NCBI GenBank assembly: GCA_044222065.1
Contig: JBGAOA010000003.1
Location: forward strand, 40,302 to 104,301
DNA: 64,000 nucleotides
Direction of reading: 5' to 3'
From: Candidatus Eiseniibacteriota bacterium
Lineage (GTDB): Bacteria > Eisenbacteria > RBG-16-71-46
In this document: positions 38,427 to 47,622 of the stretch, piece by piece
Position numbering within the stretch: position 1 is the first letter of the stretch
Layout of the letters: the number at the start of each line of letters is the position of its first letter
Position numbers and translations under genes: made by a program
The notes under the pieces: generated by a model
Databases searched by the model: none
What the model was told of the DNA's origin: nothing
Seen by the model: only the letters and a program-made list of their open reading frames with translations

Positions 38427-38436
38427 AGTCCCGCCG

Positions 38437-39111
38437 TCAGGCGCCCCGTCTGGAAATCACGACGTGCGTCGCCTTCTCGGACGCCGCGCGCTCCGTCACC
38501 TCGTAGCCCAGGGCCGCGAGGTCGAGGCCTTCGAACAGCGGCTCGCCGCTTCCGAGCAGCACGGGCGCGATCGCGAGGTGCATCTCATCCACGAGCCGCG
38601 CCTTCAGGTACTGGCGGATCGTGCTTGCGCCGCCGCCGAGCCGCACGTCGCGCGCGCCCGCGGCCGCCTTCGCACGCGCGAGCGCCGCTTCGATGCCGTC
38701 CGTGACGAAATGGAACGTCGTGCCGCCCTTCATCTCGAGCGGCGGACGCGCGTGGTGCGTCAGCACGAACACCGGCACGTGATAGGGCGGCGTCTCGCCC
38801 CACCAGCCGCGCCACGAGTGGTCCGGCCACGGGCCGCGCACGGGGCCGAACATGTTCCGGCCGAGGATCCACGCGCCGAGGTTCTCGACGCCGCGCGCCG
38901 CCCACGCGTCGTCGAGGCCGGTCGCGCCGCTCGCGGCCGCGGGATCCGCTCCGGTCATCTCGGCGTGCATGCGCTGGAACGTGCGCGTCGGAAAGACCCA
39001 CTCGTGGAGCGCCATGCCGCCGGCTCCCATCGGCTGATCGAGGCGCTGGTCGCGCCCCGCGCCGAAACCGTCGAGGGACACGCTGAATGCCTGCACGCGG
39101 AGTCGCGACAT
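38437..39111 (-). CDS. Dihydrofolate reductase / RibD C-terminal family protein
   Basis: SVSLDGFGAG, ILGRNMFGP, GWWGETPPYHVPVFVLTH, VRLGGGASTIRQYL, PVLLGSGEPLF. Confidence 0.9.
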   Translation of the reverse strand: MSRLRVQAFSVSLDGFGAGRDQRLDQPMGAGGMALHEWVFPTRTFQRMHAEMTGADPAAASGATGLDDAWAARGVENLGAWILGRNMFGPVRGPWPDHSWRGWWGETPPYHVPVFVLTHHARPPLEMKGGTTFHFVTDGIEAALARAKAAAGARDVRLGGGASTIRQYLKARLVDEMHLAIAPVLLGSGEPLFEGLDLAALGYEVTERAASEKATHVVISRRGA

Positions 39112-39180
39112 GCTCCGTTCCTTTCGTTGCGGGTCCGGGACGGCCGCGGCGTCCGCACCGCGGGCGTGCACGTTCGATCG

Positions 39181-39597
39181 TTACTCGCTCGCCGCGAGGC
39201 GCTCGACGTCGGCGAGCACGCGATGGAGCCGTGCGCTCACTTCGTTCGCGATCTCGGCGATGCCGGGCGCGTCCACGATCTGGCTCATCACCTTCGGCTC
39301 CATCGCCGTCACGACGCGGTGCGTGCCCTCGTCCCACACGACGACGTTGCACGGCAGCAGCACGCCGACGTGCGGCTCGGCCTCGAGCGCGCGGTGCGCG
39401 AACGGCGGATTGCAGGCGCCGAGGATCTTGTAGGCCTTCGTCTCGATGCCGAGTTTCTTCTGCAGCGTCTGCTTCACGTCGATCTCGGTCAGCACGCCGA
39501 AGCCTTCGCGCTGCAGCGCCTCGGTCGCGAGCCGGATCGCGTCTTCGTAGCTCGCCTTCGTCGTGATCTCGAAAGCGTACGTGCCGGTCGTCTTCAT
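39181..39597 (-). CDS. DUF302 domain protein
   Basis: EGFGVLTEIDV, YKILGACNP, GVLLPCNVVV. Confidence 0.92.
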   Translation of the reverse strand: MKTTGTYAFEITTKASYEDAIRLATEALQREGFGVLTEIDVKQTLQKKLGIETKAYKILGACNPPFAHRALEAEPHVGVLLPCNVVVWDEGTHRVVTAMEPKVMSQIVDAPGIAEIANEVSARLHRVLADVERLAASE

Positions 39598-39756
39598 CGC
39601 CGTCCTCTCGTGTCGAACGTTGGGGCCGGACGGGCCCACGGGGGTCGTCGCGGCCGGAGACTCGCGCGCCGCGGGCCGTTCCGCAAGCCGCGCCGCGTCT
39701 GCTAAGGTGCGCCCCGGCCCGCGTTCCGAGCGGTCGGAACGCCCCCGGAGACCCTG

Positions 39757-40557
39757 ATGAGCCCGCTCGTCGAAGTCGTTCGCGACCGCGCGGTCGCGCG
39801 CGTGTGGTTCAACCGCCCCGAAGTGCACAACGCGCTCTCGGCCGAACTCGGCGGCGCGCTCGCGGACGCGCTGCACGCGCTCGCGAGCGACGCCGCGGTG
39901 CGCGTCGTCGTGCTCGGCGGCCGCGGGCCGTCGTTCTGCGCCGGCGCCGACATCGGCGCGATGAAGGCGTCGGCCTCGATGTCGTTCGAGGCGAACTTCG
40001 CCGAGGCGCAGAAGCTCGGCGGCGTGTTCGCGGCGCTCGCCGACTTTCCGAAGCCGGTCGTCGGCCGCGTGCACGGCGGCGTGTACGGCGGCGGCGTCGG
40101 GTTCTGCTGCGCGTGCGACCTCGCGATCGCGAGCGACGACGCGAAGTTCGGACTCACCGAGGTGCGGCTCGGCATCGTGCCCGCGCTCATCAGCCCGTAC
40201 GTGATCCGCCGCCTCGGCGACCGGCGCGCGCGCGAGGCGATGCTCACGGGCGAGCGCTTCGGCGCCGCGCGCGCGCTGGAGCTCGGCATCGTGAATGCGG
40301 TCGTGCCCGCCGCCGGGCTCGACGCGGCGGTGGACGAGCGCGTCGCGGCGCTGCTCGAGGGCGGCCCCGAGGCGCAGAAGCGCATCAAGGCGCTGCTCGA
40401 CCGCTGGGCCGATTCGACGTGGGAGGAGTACCGCTCGTCGCTGCCGCGCACGCTCGCCGAAGTGCGTTCGGGCGACGAAGCGAAGGAAGGGCTGTCGGCG
40501 TTCTTCGAGAAGCGCAAGCCGAAGTGGACCGAGGGATCGGAGGGAACCGCATCATGA
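39757..40557 (+). CDS. liuC: Enoyl-CoA hydratase, probably methylglutaconyl-CoA hydratase
   Basis: NRPEVHNA, SFCAGAD, GGGVG, LTEVRLGIVPALISPYV; linked to the biotin carboxylase. Confidence 0.75.
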   Translation: MSPLVEVVRDRAVARVWFNRPEVHNALSAELGGALADALHALASDAAVRVVVLGGRGPSFCAGADIGAMKASASMSFEANFAEAQKLGGVFAALADFPKPVVGRVHGGVYGGGVGFCCACDLAIASDDAKFGLTEVRLGIVPALISPYVIRRLGDRRAREAMLTGERFGAARALELGIVNAVVPAAGLDAAVDERVAALLEGGPEAQKRIKALLDRWADSTWEEYRSSLPRTLAEVRSGDEAKEGLSAFFEKRKPKWTEGSEGTAS

Positions 40558-41396
40558 CGAAACGGATCTTCGGAGCCTCCGCGATCGGAACGCTCGCGCT
40601 GCTCGCGACGCTCGCGGGCTGCGGCGGCGGCGGCAGCGGCGATGCGCCGACCGGGCCCGTGCTGCCGCCGAGCGGCACCGCGCAGGACCTCGCGAACATG
40701 ATCTCGGGCTCGTTCGTCGCCGGCGCCGTGCTGCCGACGAACGTGGACACGACCGCGAGCCTGCTCGCGACGATGAACGTGAACGGCCTGCGCGCGGGGC
40801 TCGTGCTGCTGCTGTCGCCGACGACGGGACTGCAGGACGGCGGCGCGATCTCGCTGCGCACCGGGCTCGCGGGCTCGACGAGCGAGACCGCGCTCGACAA
40901 GCTCCAGCTGCGAGTCTCCGGCCTGATCCAGACCGTGTACACGACGCTGCCGAGCCACCCGCTCGGCGTCGTGCTGCCGTTCGACGCCACGACGCACCAC
41001 CGCTTCACGGTGCCGGGTGGCACGGGCGTCACGGCGTTCGAGGACAGCGTGCTGTCGGTGACGTTGCCCGCGATCGCGTCGCCCGCGGCGAGCGCGACCG
41101 TGAGCCGCGCGGCGGATCTCGTCGTGAGCTGGTCCAATGCCGGCGCCGACACGACCGTTTACTGCCTCGCGCTCGTGCGGTCGCAGGTGGACACGACGAT
41201 GGGCGCGATCAGCGCGCTCGTGCGCGACCCGGACGCGCAGACGACGATCACGACCGCGCGGCTCTCCACGCTGCCCGCGGGTGCGGCGCGCCTCGCGCTC
41301 GCCCGCTTCCGGCTCGTCCACCACTCGGTCGCGGGCGGCCGCAAGGCCGACCTCGTGAGCGAGGCGGTCGAGACGCGCTCGATCACGCTCAACTAG
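40554..41396 (+). CDS. Hypothetical lipoprotein
   Basis: ATGA overlap with the upstream gene; lipobox LAGC followed by GGGGSG; beta-rich. Confidence 0.75.
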   Translation: MTKRIFGASAIGTLALLATLAGCGGGGSGDAPTGPVLPPSGTAQDLANMISGSFVAGAVLPTNVDTTASLLATMNVNGLRAGLVLLLSPTTGLQDGGAISLRTGLAGSTSETALDKLQLRVSGLIQTVYTTLPSHPLGVVLPFDATTHHRFTVPGGTGVTAFEDSVLSVTLPAIASPAASATVSRAADLVVSWSNAGADTTVYCLALVRSQVDTTMGAISALVRDPDAQTTITTARLSTLPAGAARLALARFRLVHHSVAGGRKADLVSEAVETRSITLN

Positions 41397-41412
41397 GGAC
41401 GATGCCACCACC

Positions 41413-42921
41413 ATGTTCCGCAAGGTGCTGATCGCGAACCGCGGCGAGATCGCGTGCCGCGTCGCGGGGTCGCTGCGCGAGATGGGCGTCTCGCCCGTCG
41501 CGGTGTACTCCGCGGCCGACCGCGAGGCGCTGCACGTGCGCGTCGTGGACGAGGCGGTCGAGCTCGGCGCCGCCGAGCCGCGCGCGTCGTACCTGAACGT
41601 CGAGGCGATCGTCGCCGCCGCGAAGCGCGTCGGCGCCGAGGCGATCCACCCGGGCTACGGGTTCCTGTCCGAGAACGCGGCGTTCGCCGAAGCGGTCGAG
41701 GCGGCCGGGCTCACGTTCATCGGGCCGACGCCGGAGCAGATCCGCGCGATGGGGGACAAGCGCGCGGCGCGCGCGCTCGCCGTGAAGGCGAAGGTGCCCG
41801 TCGTGCCCGGCGCCGAGAGCGGCGATCCCGCCGTGCTCGCGAAGGAAGCGGCGAAGATCGGCTTCCCGGTGCTCGTGAAGGCGGCGCTCGGCGGCGGCGG
41901 CAAGGGCATGCGCGTCGTCGAGAACGCGCGCGAACTCGCCGAGGCGATCGAGAGCGCGCAGCGCGTCGCGGCCTCGGCGTTCGGCGACGCCGCGGTGTTC
42001 GTCGAGAAGCGCGTCGAGCGCGCGCGCCACGTCGAGGTGCAGGTGCTCGGCGACGGGCACGGCAACGTCGTGCACCTCGGCGAACGCGAGTGCTCGCTCC
42101 AGCGCCGGCACCAGAAAGTGATCGAGGAGTGCCCGTCGCCGGCCGTGGACGCGAAGCTGCGCGAGAAGCTCACGACCGCGGCGCTCGCGCTCGCGCGTTC
42201 CGTGAAGTACCGCGGCGCCGGCACGCTCGAGTTCCTGCTCGCCGAAGACGGCGCGTTCTACTTCCTCGAGATGAACACGCGGCTCCAGGTCGAGCACCCG
42301 GTCACGGAACTCGTCACCGGCATCGACCTCGCGCGCTCGCAGGTCCGCGTCGCCGCGGAAGGGAAGCTGCCGTTCGCGCAGGACGAGGTCGTGCTGCACG
42401 GCTCGGCGATCGAGGCGCGCGTCTACGCCGAGGACGCGGCGCGCGGCTTCCTGCCGCAGGCGGGGCAGGCGCTGCGCGTCCACTGGCCGCGCATGCCGTT
42501 CGTGCGCGTGGACGCCGGCATCGAGACCGGCGACCACGTGCCGGTGCACTACGACCCGATCCTCGGCAAGGTGATCGCGCACGGGCGCGCGCGCCCGCAG
42601 GCGCTCGCGCGTCTCGGCGCGGCCCTGGATCGCGTGCGCATCCACGGTGTCGTGACGAACCTGCCGTTCCTGCGCGCACTCGCGCACTCGCCCGCGGTCG
42701 AGCGCGCGGCGTTCGACACCGAGTGGATCGAGCGCGAGTTCCTCGCCGGCTTCACGGCGCTCGCGAACGCGCCCGCGCCGGAACTCGCGCTCGCCGCGGC
42801 GGCGCTCGCCGAGCTGCTCGGCGTGTCGCGCGCGCCGGGTGTGACGCCGATCGAGCGCGGCGCGTCGCCCGCCGAGGCGTTCCGCACGACGGGACACTGG
42901 CGCCAGCCGGGGCTCGCGTGA
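41413..42921 (+). CDS. liuD: Biotin carboxylase subunit (MCC alpha, N-terminal part)
   Basis: KVLIANRGEIA, HPGYGFLSEN, GGGGKGMR, RECSLQRRHQK, EMNTRLQVEHPVTE. Confidence 0.8.
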   Translation: MFRKVLIANRGEIACRVAGSLREMGVSPVAVYSAADREALHVRVVDEAVELGAAEPRASYLNVEAIVAAAKRVGAEAIHPGYGFLSENAAFAEAVEAAGLTFIGPTPEQIRAMGDKRAARALAVKAKVPVVPGAESGDPAVLAKEAAKIGFPVLVKAALGGGGKGMRVVENARELAEAIESAQRVAASAFGDAAVFVEKRVERARHVEVQVLGDGHGNVVHLGERECSLQRRHQKVIEECPSPAVDAKLREKLTTAALALARSVKYRGAGTLEFLLAEDGAFYFLEMNTRLQVEHPVTELVTGIDLARSQVRVAAEGKLPFAQDEVVLHGSAIEARVYAEDAARGFLPQAGQALRVHWPRMPFVRVDAGIETGDHVPVHYDPILGKVIAHGRARPQALARLGAALDRVRIHGVVTNLPFLRALAHSPAVERAAFDTEWIEREFLAGFTALANAPAPELALAAAALAELLGVSRAPGVTPIERGASPAEAFRTTGHWRQPGLA

Positions 42922-42922
42922 C

Positions 42923-43420
42923 GTGAAGAGCCTGTGGAAGGACGGCGACCGCACGCGCGAGGTCGAGATCGAGGCGCAGGGCTCGGGCTGCTGGCGCGTG
43001 AAGGTGGACGGCGTCGCGCTCGAGCTGTGCGTGGAGACGCTTCCGAACGGCGACCTCAGGCTCGCCGAACCCGAGCGCGGCCGCGTGACGATGGCCGAGG
43101 TGACGGCCGCGGGCGCGCGGCGCTTCGTGCACCTCGCCGGCGCGGACTACGTGATCGAGCGCGAGTCGGGCGGGCGGCCGCGCGGGCGCGCGGGCAGCGG
43201 CAGCCTCGAGGCGCCCATGCCGGGCGTCGTCACGCGCGTGATGGTCGCGGCCGGCGATGACGTGAAGCAGGGGCAGCCGCTCGTCGCGATCGAGGCGATG
43301 AAGATGGAGCACGTGATCCGCGCGCCGCGCGACGGACGAGTGAAGAGCGTCGCCGCGCGCACGGGTGAGATGGTCAATCCGGGCCTCGCGCTCGTCGAAC
43401 TAGAACCCGAGGCGGTCTGA
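42923..43420 (+). CDS. Biotin carboxyl carrier protein
   Basis: APMPG, EAMKME biotinylation motif. Confidence 0.92.
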   Translation: MKSLWKDGDRTREVEIEAQGSGCWRVKVDGVALELCVETLPNGDLRLAEPERGRVTMAEVTAAGARRFVHLAGADYVIERESGGRPRGRAGSGSLEAPMPGVVTRVMVAAGDDVKQGQPLVAIEAMKMEHVIRAPRDGRVKSVAARTGEMVNPGLALVELEPEAV

Positions 43421-43582
43421 GCGACCCGAGGTGCGGGCGACATTCGCCGCGTCCCCCGGATTTCGCCTCACCGGCCCGCACGAACCGGGCGTAAACTTCC
43501 GCCCGAGTCCCCGCTCCGGCCGCGGAGATCGCGGTCGCTTCCGGGCGCCGTGCCGCTGCCACGCCGCCTCTCGGAGTTCGTC

Positions 43583-46123
43583 ATGACCCGCGTCCCGATT
43601 CCGGGCGCGCGCCCCTCGCCGTCGCTCGCGGAACCTCGCACCGCGAGTCCCGGCCCGATCGGTCGTGCGTTCGCGCTCGCCCTCGCCGCGCTCGCGCTGT
43701 TCGCGATGCCCTCGTTCACTCGCGCCGAGATCGTCTTCGACTCGCGCTTCCGCCTCGCCGATCTCGCCGCCCAGCCCCGCGGCCTCGCGACCGGCGACTT
43801 CAACGGTGACGGCCGCGCCGACGCCTGCGTCGCGACCGGGCTCGGTCCGTCGTACATCGAGATCGTGCTCGCGGGCCCCGACGGCGCACCGCTCGTGCCG
43901 TGGCGCATCACGCCCGGGCTCGGCGCCTCCGAGGTCGCGGTCGGCGACGTGAACGAGGACGGCCTGCTCGATGCGATCGCCGGGTCGACCGCGGGATTCA
44001 GCGTGCTGTTCGGCAACGGCGACGGCACGCTCGTCGACGGTCCGACGGTCGCGCACGGGCTCCAGCCCTCACTCGGCCTCGTGCTCGCGGACGTCAACGG
44101 CGACGGGCACCGCGACGTCGTGTCGGTCGCGGTGAGCTCGAGCGAGCTCCGGACGTTCTTCGGCGTCGGCGACGGGACGTTCCAGGCGCCGGTGCCCGAC
44201 ACGCTGTTCGGCTCCATTCGCGGGCTCGCGAGCGGACGACTGAACGGCGACGCGCGCGACGATCTCGCGTGCCTCGTGGGCGGCATCGTCGGCTACTGGC
44301 AGGCGACGGCGCTGCTCGGGCGCGCGGACGGTCACTTCGACTTGTCGGACGACTTCCCGTTCTCGTACGGAACGTCCGATCCCGGCCCGATCGGACTGCT
44401 CGCGGACCTCGACGGCGACACCGATCTCGACTACCTGTGCGGACGCGACTGGTTCGCGCAGGTCCCGGGTTCGGACGGGCGCCCGATCTTCACCTGGAGT
44501 TTCGTCCTCGGCGTGACGGGGGACCTGCAGGGCTGCGCGGACGCGAACGACGACGGCTACCCGGACGTGTTCGACGCGAACGCCGTCACGAGCTACGGCT
44601 TCGAGCGTTACCCCGTCGCTCCGACGCCGCAGCCGCCGAGCTTCCACGTGTCGGTCGAGTCCATCGAGCGTCTCGCGCTCGGCGACGTGAACGGCGATAC
44701 GTTCCCGGACGTCGTCGTCGCCGGCCAGGGGGGCGCCCACATCGCGTTCCATCGCAACGACGGCGAGGGCGGATTCGGCGATGGCATCCCGACGACGATC
44801 TTCGGCGGCGCGCCCGCGCCGCTCGAATACGTGGACGTGACGGGCGACGGCGTGCGCGATGCCGTATTCGCGAACGTGACGAACCCGAACGCGCTGAACG
44901 TGCTCCCGGGCACGGCCGGCGGCGGGTGGGGCGTGCCCTACGCGTACGGACCGATCCCGACGTTCAAGGCGTTCGCGCTCGGCGACCTCGACGGCGACGG
45001 CGACCTCGACGCCGTGTTCACGCACCCGGCCGCGAATCGCGTGTCGTGGTGCTACAACGGCGGCGGCGCGTTCGGCCCGCGCGACTCGATCGCGGTCGCG
45101 AACGGTCCGTACGCGGTCGCGCTCGGCGACGTGACGAACGACGGCGCCCTCGACGCCGTCGTGACGTGCTCGGGCTTCAACCAGATCGCGCTGCTGCGCA
45201 GCACGGGCACGGCGCCGAACGGCGTCGTCGGCTACTTCACGGCCGGCAACAACCCGGTCGCGATCACGCTCGGCGACCTCACGGGCGACGGGCGGCTCGA
45301 CGCGTTCGTGCTGTATCGCTCCACCGCGTCCTCGTGTCAGCTCGCGCTGCTGCGCGGCAACGCGGTCTCGACGTTCCTCGCGCCACAGAACTTCACCGTG
45401 AACGGCGCCTCGAAGCCCGTCGGCGTCCGGCTCGCCGAGGTCACGGGCGACACGATCCCGGACGTCATCGCGCTGACCGAGGCCTCCGCCGCCGTCTACC
45501 CGGGACTCGCGACGAACACGCTCGGCGCGCGCGTGTCGCCGACGTCGCCCGTGCGCGGCGTCTCGATGGACGGCACGCCGACGTTCGCGATCGCGGACTT
45601 CGATCGCGACGGCGCGCTCGACCTCGCGATCCCCGATGCGGGCGGCAACGGCGTCGAGATCCTGCGCGGACTCGGCAACGGCACGTTCGAGCCCGAGCGC
45701 GGCTTCGGCGTGGGGCGCGGCGCGCGCGGCTGCGTCGCGCACGACCTCGATGAGAACGGAACGCCCGATCTGCTCGTGGCGCTCGCGAGCGAAGGCGCGA
45801 TCGCGACCGTGATGAACCGCACGCCGCCGCTGAGCGCCGCGCCCGAGTCCGGCGTTGTCGCGTCCGCGCCGGTCCTGCGCGTGACGCCGAATCCGTCGCG
45901 CGGTCCCGTCGCGCTCGAATTCGCGACGGCGGAGACGTCGCCCGTGCGCTTCGAGTGCTTCGACGTCGCCGGCCGGCGCGTGTGGTTCCAGGTCGTGACG
46001 CCCGCGGGCGGCCGCGCGCGCGCCGAGTGGCGGCCCGGCGAGTCGCTCGCCGACGGCCTCGTGTTCGCGCGTGCGACGCAGTCCGGTCGTTCGGCGGCGG
46101 CGCGCATCGCGCGCGTGCGCTGA
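43583..46123 (+). CDS. Secreted FG-GAP/VCBS repeat protein with C-terminal FlgD-Ig/T9SS-like domain
   Basis: About 13 (G/A)DxNGDGxxD repeats; C-terminal PNPSRG...FDVAGRRV; start uncertain (43550 or 43583). Confidence 0.82.
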   Translation: MTRVPIPGARPSPSLAEPRTASPGPIGRAFALALAALALFAMPSFTRAEIVFDSRFRLADLAAQPRGLATGDFNGDGRADACVATGLGPSYIEIVLAGPDGAPLVPWRITPGLGASEVAVGDVNEDGLLDAIAGSTAGFSVLFGNGDGTLVDGPTVAHGLQPSLGLVLADVNGDGHRDVVSVAVSSSELRTFFGVGDGTFQAPVPDTLFGSIRGLASGRLNGDARDDLACLVGGIVGYWQATALLGRADGHFDLSDDFPFSYGTSDPGPIGLLADLDGDTDLDYLCGRDWFAQVPGSDGRPIFTWSFVLGVTGDLQGCADANDDGYPDVFDANAVTSYGFERYPVAPTPQPPSFHVSVESIERLALGDVNGDTFPDVVVAGQGGAHIAFHRNDGEGGFGDGIPTTIFGGAPAPLEYVDVTGDGVRDAVFANVTNPNALNVLPGTAGGGWGVPYAYGPIPTFKAFALGDLDGDGDLDAVFTHPAANRVSWCYNGGGAFGPRDSIAVANGPYAVALGDVTNDGALDAVVTCSGFNQIALLRSTGTAPNGVVGYFTAGNNPVAITLGDLTGDGRLDAFVLYRSTASSCQLALLRGNAVSTFLAPQNFTVNGASKPVGVRLAEVTGDTIPDVIALTEASAAVYPGLATNTLGARVSPTSPVRGVSMDGTPTFAIADFDRDGALDLAIPDAGGNGVEILRGLGNGTFEPERGFGVGRGARGCVAHDLDENGTPDLLVALASEGAIATVMNRTPPLSAAPESGVVASAPVLRVTPNPSRGPVALEFATAETSPVRFECFDVAGRRVWFQVVTPAGGRARAEWRPGESLADGLVFARATQSGRSAAARIARVR

Positions 46124-46329
46124 GCGGTCTCGGCCGGGACGCTCCCCAGTGGATCGGAGGAGCGCCCGGCCGCACGCGCGTCGCCACGAGCAGCACCGGT
46201 CGGTCCGGGCTCCGCAAACTCGCGCTCAGGCCGCGCGGGCGGACGGCCGATACCCCCGCTGACCCGCGACAAATGCGGGGAAAACGGTGGAAGTCGCCAG
46301 GAATCCTGTGCTACGGTCCCGCGCGTCGC

Positions 46330-46500
46330 GAGCCCCCGGGCCACGCGACCCGATCCGGAGGTCACCCTTCGGTTGAGCATCCCTGGATCGCCAAGGATTG
46401 AGCCCAAACAGCGCATTGCGACGCACAACTCCGACGCTCTTGGCCAGGTCCCGCCAGGGACCGACTCGGTCAAGAGTTTTGCGCTTTCTAGGCCCTAGGG
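46330..46500 (+). ncRNA. Candidate structured RNA or long 5' leader (rod-like)
   Basis: Nested pairings TCCCTGG/CCAGGGA, GCCAAG/CTTGGC, GGGCC/GGCCC in a lower-GC 390-bp intergenic gap; no family recognised. Confidence 0.25.
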
Positions 46501-46513
46501 AGATCTCCCTGCC

Positions 46514-47587
46514 GTGATGGTCAAAAAGTTTCCCGTCGAGCACCTCGAGCCCCTCGCGCTCCTGGGTCACAACGACTCGAACCTCCGCCAGATCGAATCC
46601 GAACTCCCGGTGCGCATCACGCTCCGCGACGGCACCATTTCGATCGCCGGCGACGAGAAGGCCGTGGCGCACGCCTCGCGCGTGTTCCACGAACTCGTCG
46701 AGCTCGTCGAACGCGGCAAGGTCGTCGAAGAGGCCGACGTCGCGACCGCGCTCGGCGCGACGCGCCGCAACGGCAATGGCAACGGCCACGGCAACGGGCA
46801 CGGCTCGACGCTGGCCGAGGCGTACGAAGGCGCGCCCGGATTCCACTTCGAGCGCAAGGCGGTCAAGCCGCGCACGCCGAAGCAGGCCGAGTACCTGAAG
46901 GCGATCGAGGAGCACGACGTCGTGTTCGGCATCGGCCCCGCGGGCACGGGCAAGACGTACCTCGCGGTGACCGCTGCCGTGCACGCGCTGCGCACGAAGC
47001 GCGTGGACCGCATCATCCTCGTGCGTCCCGCGGTCGAAGCGGGCGAGAGCCTGGGCTTCCTGCCCGGCGACATGCAGGAGAAGGTGGATCCGTACCTGCG
47101 CCCGATGTACGACGCGCTCGCCGACCTGATGTCGTACGAGAAGATGCGCCGCTTCATCGAAATGGGCGTGATCGAAATCGCGCCGCTCGCGTTCATGCGC
47201 GGCCGCACGCTGCACAGCTCGTTCGTCATCCTCGACGAGGCTCAGAACACGACCGTGCGCCAGATGAAGATGTTCCTGACCCGCCTCGGCGTGAACTCGA
47301 AGGCGGTCATCACGGGCGACGTCACGCAGATCGACCTCAAGGACCCGACCGCGTCGGGGCTCGTCAAGATCCAGAGCATCCTCGGGGGCCTGCGCGGCGT
47401 GAACTTCGTCTACTTCCATCCGGAGGACGTGGTCCGGCACCGCCTCGTGCGCGACATCATCCGCGCCTTCGACGACTTCCACGCCCGCGGCGAGGGCATC
47501 GACGACGACGGCGTCGGCACGAGCCTCGATCCCGACTCGCCGCCGGCCGCGTCCGCGCCGGGCGACGACCCGGACACGGCGCGCTGA
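46514..47587 (+). CDS. phoH: PhoH family ATPase
   Basis: GPAGTGKTYLA, RPAVEAGESLGFLPGD, IAPLAFMRGRTL, DEAQN, DVVRHRLV. Confidence 0.95.
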   Translation: MMVKKFPVEHLEPLALLGHNDSNLRQIESELPVRITLRDGTISIAGDEKAVAHASRVFHELVELVERGKVVEEADVATALGATRRNGNGNGHGNGHGSTLAEAYEGAPGFHFERKAVKPRTPKQAEYLKAIEEHDVVFGIGPAGTGKTYLAVTAAVHALRTKRVDRIILVRPAVEAGESLGFLPGDMQEKVDPYLRPMYDALADLMSYEKMRRFIEMGVIEIAPLAFMRGRTLHSSFVILDEAQNTTVRQMKMFLTRLGVNSKAVITGDVTQIDLKDPTASGLVKIQSILGGLRGVNFVYFHPEDVVRHRLVRDIIRAFDDFHARGEGIDDDGVGTSLDPDSPPAASAPGDDPDTAR

Positions 47588-47622
47588 TCCGGGCCCGGGG
47601 GGACTCACCCCCGGGCGCACGA

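Noticed and set aside
46765-46805. NGNGNGHGNGHG microrepeat in PhoH
   Set aside because: Short low-complexity linker between domains with no sign of phase variation
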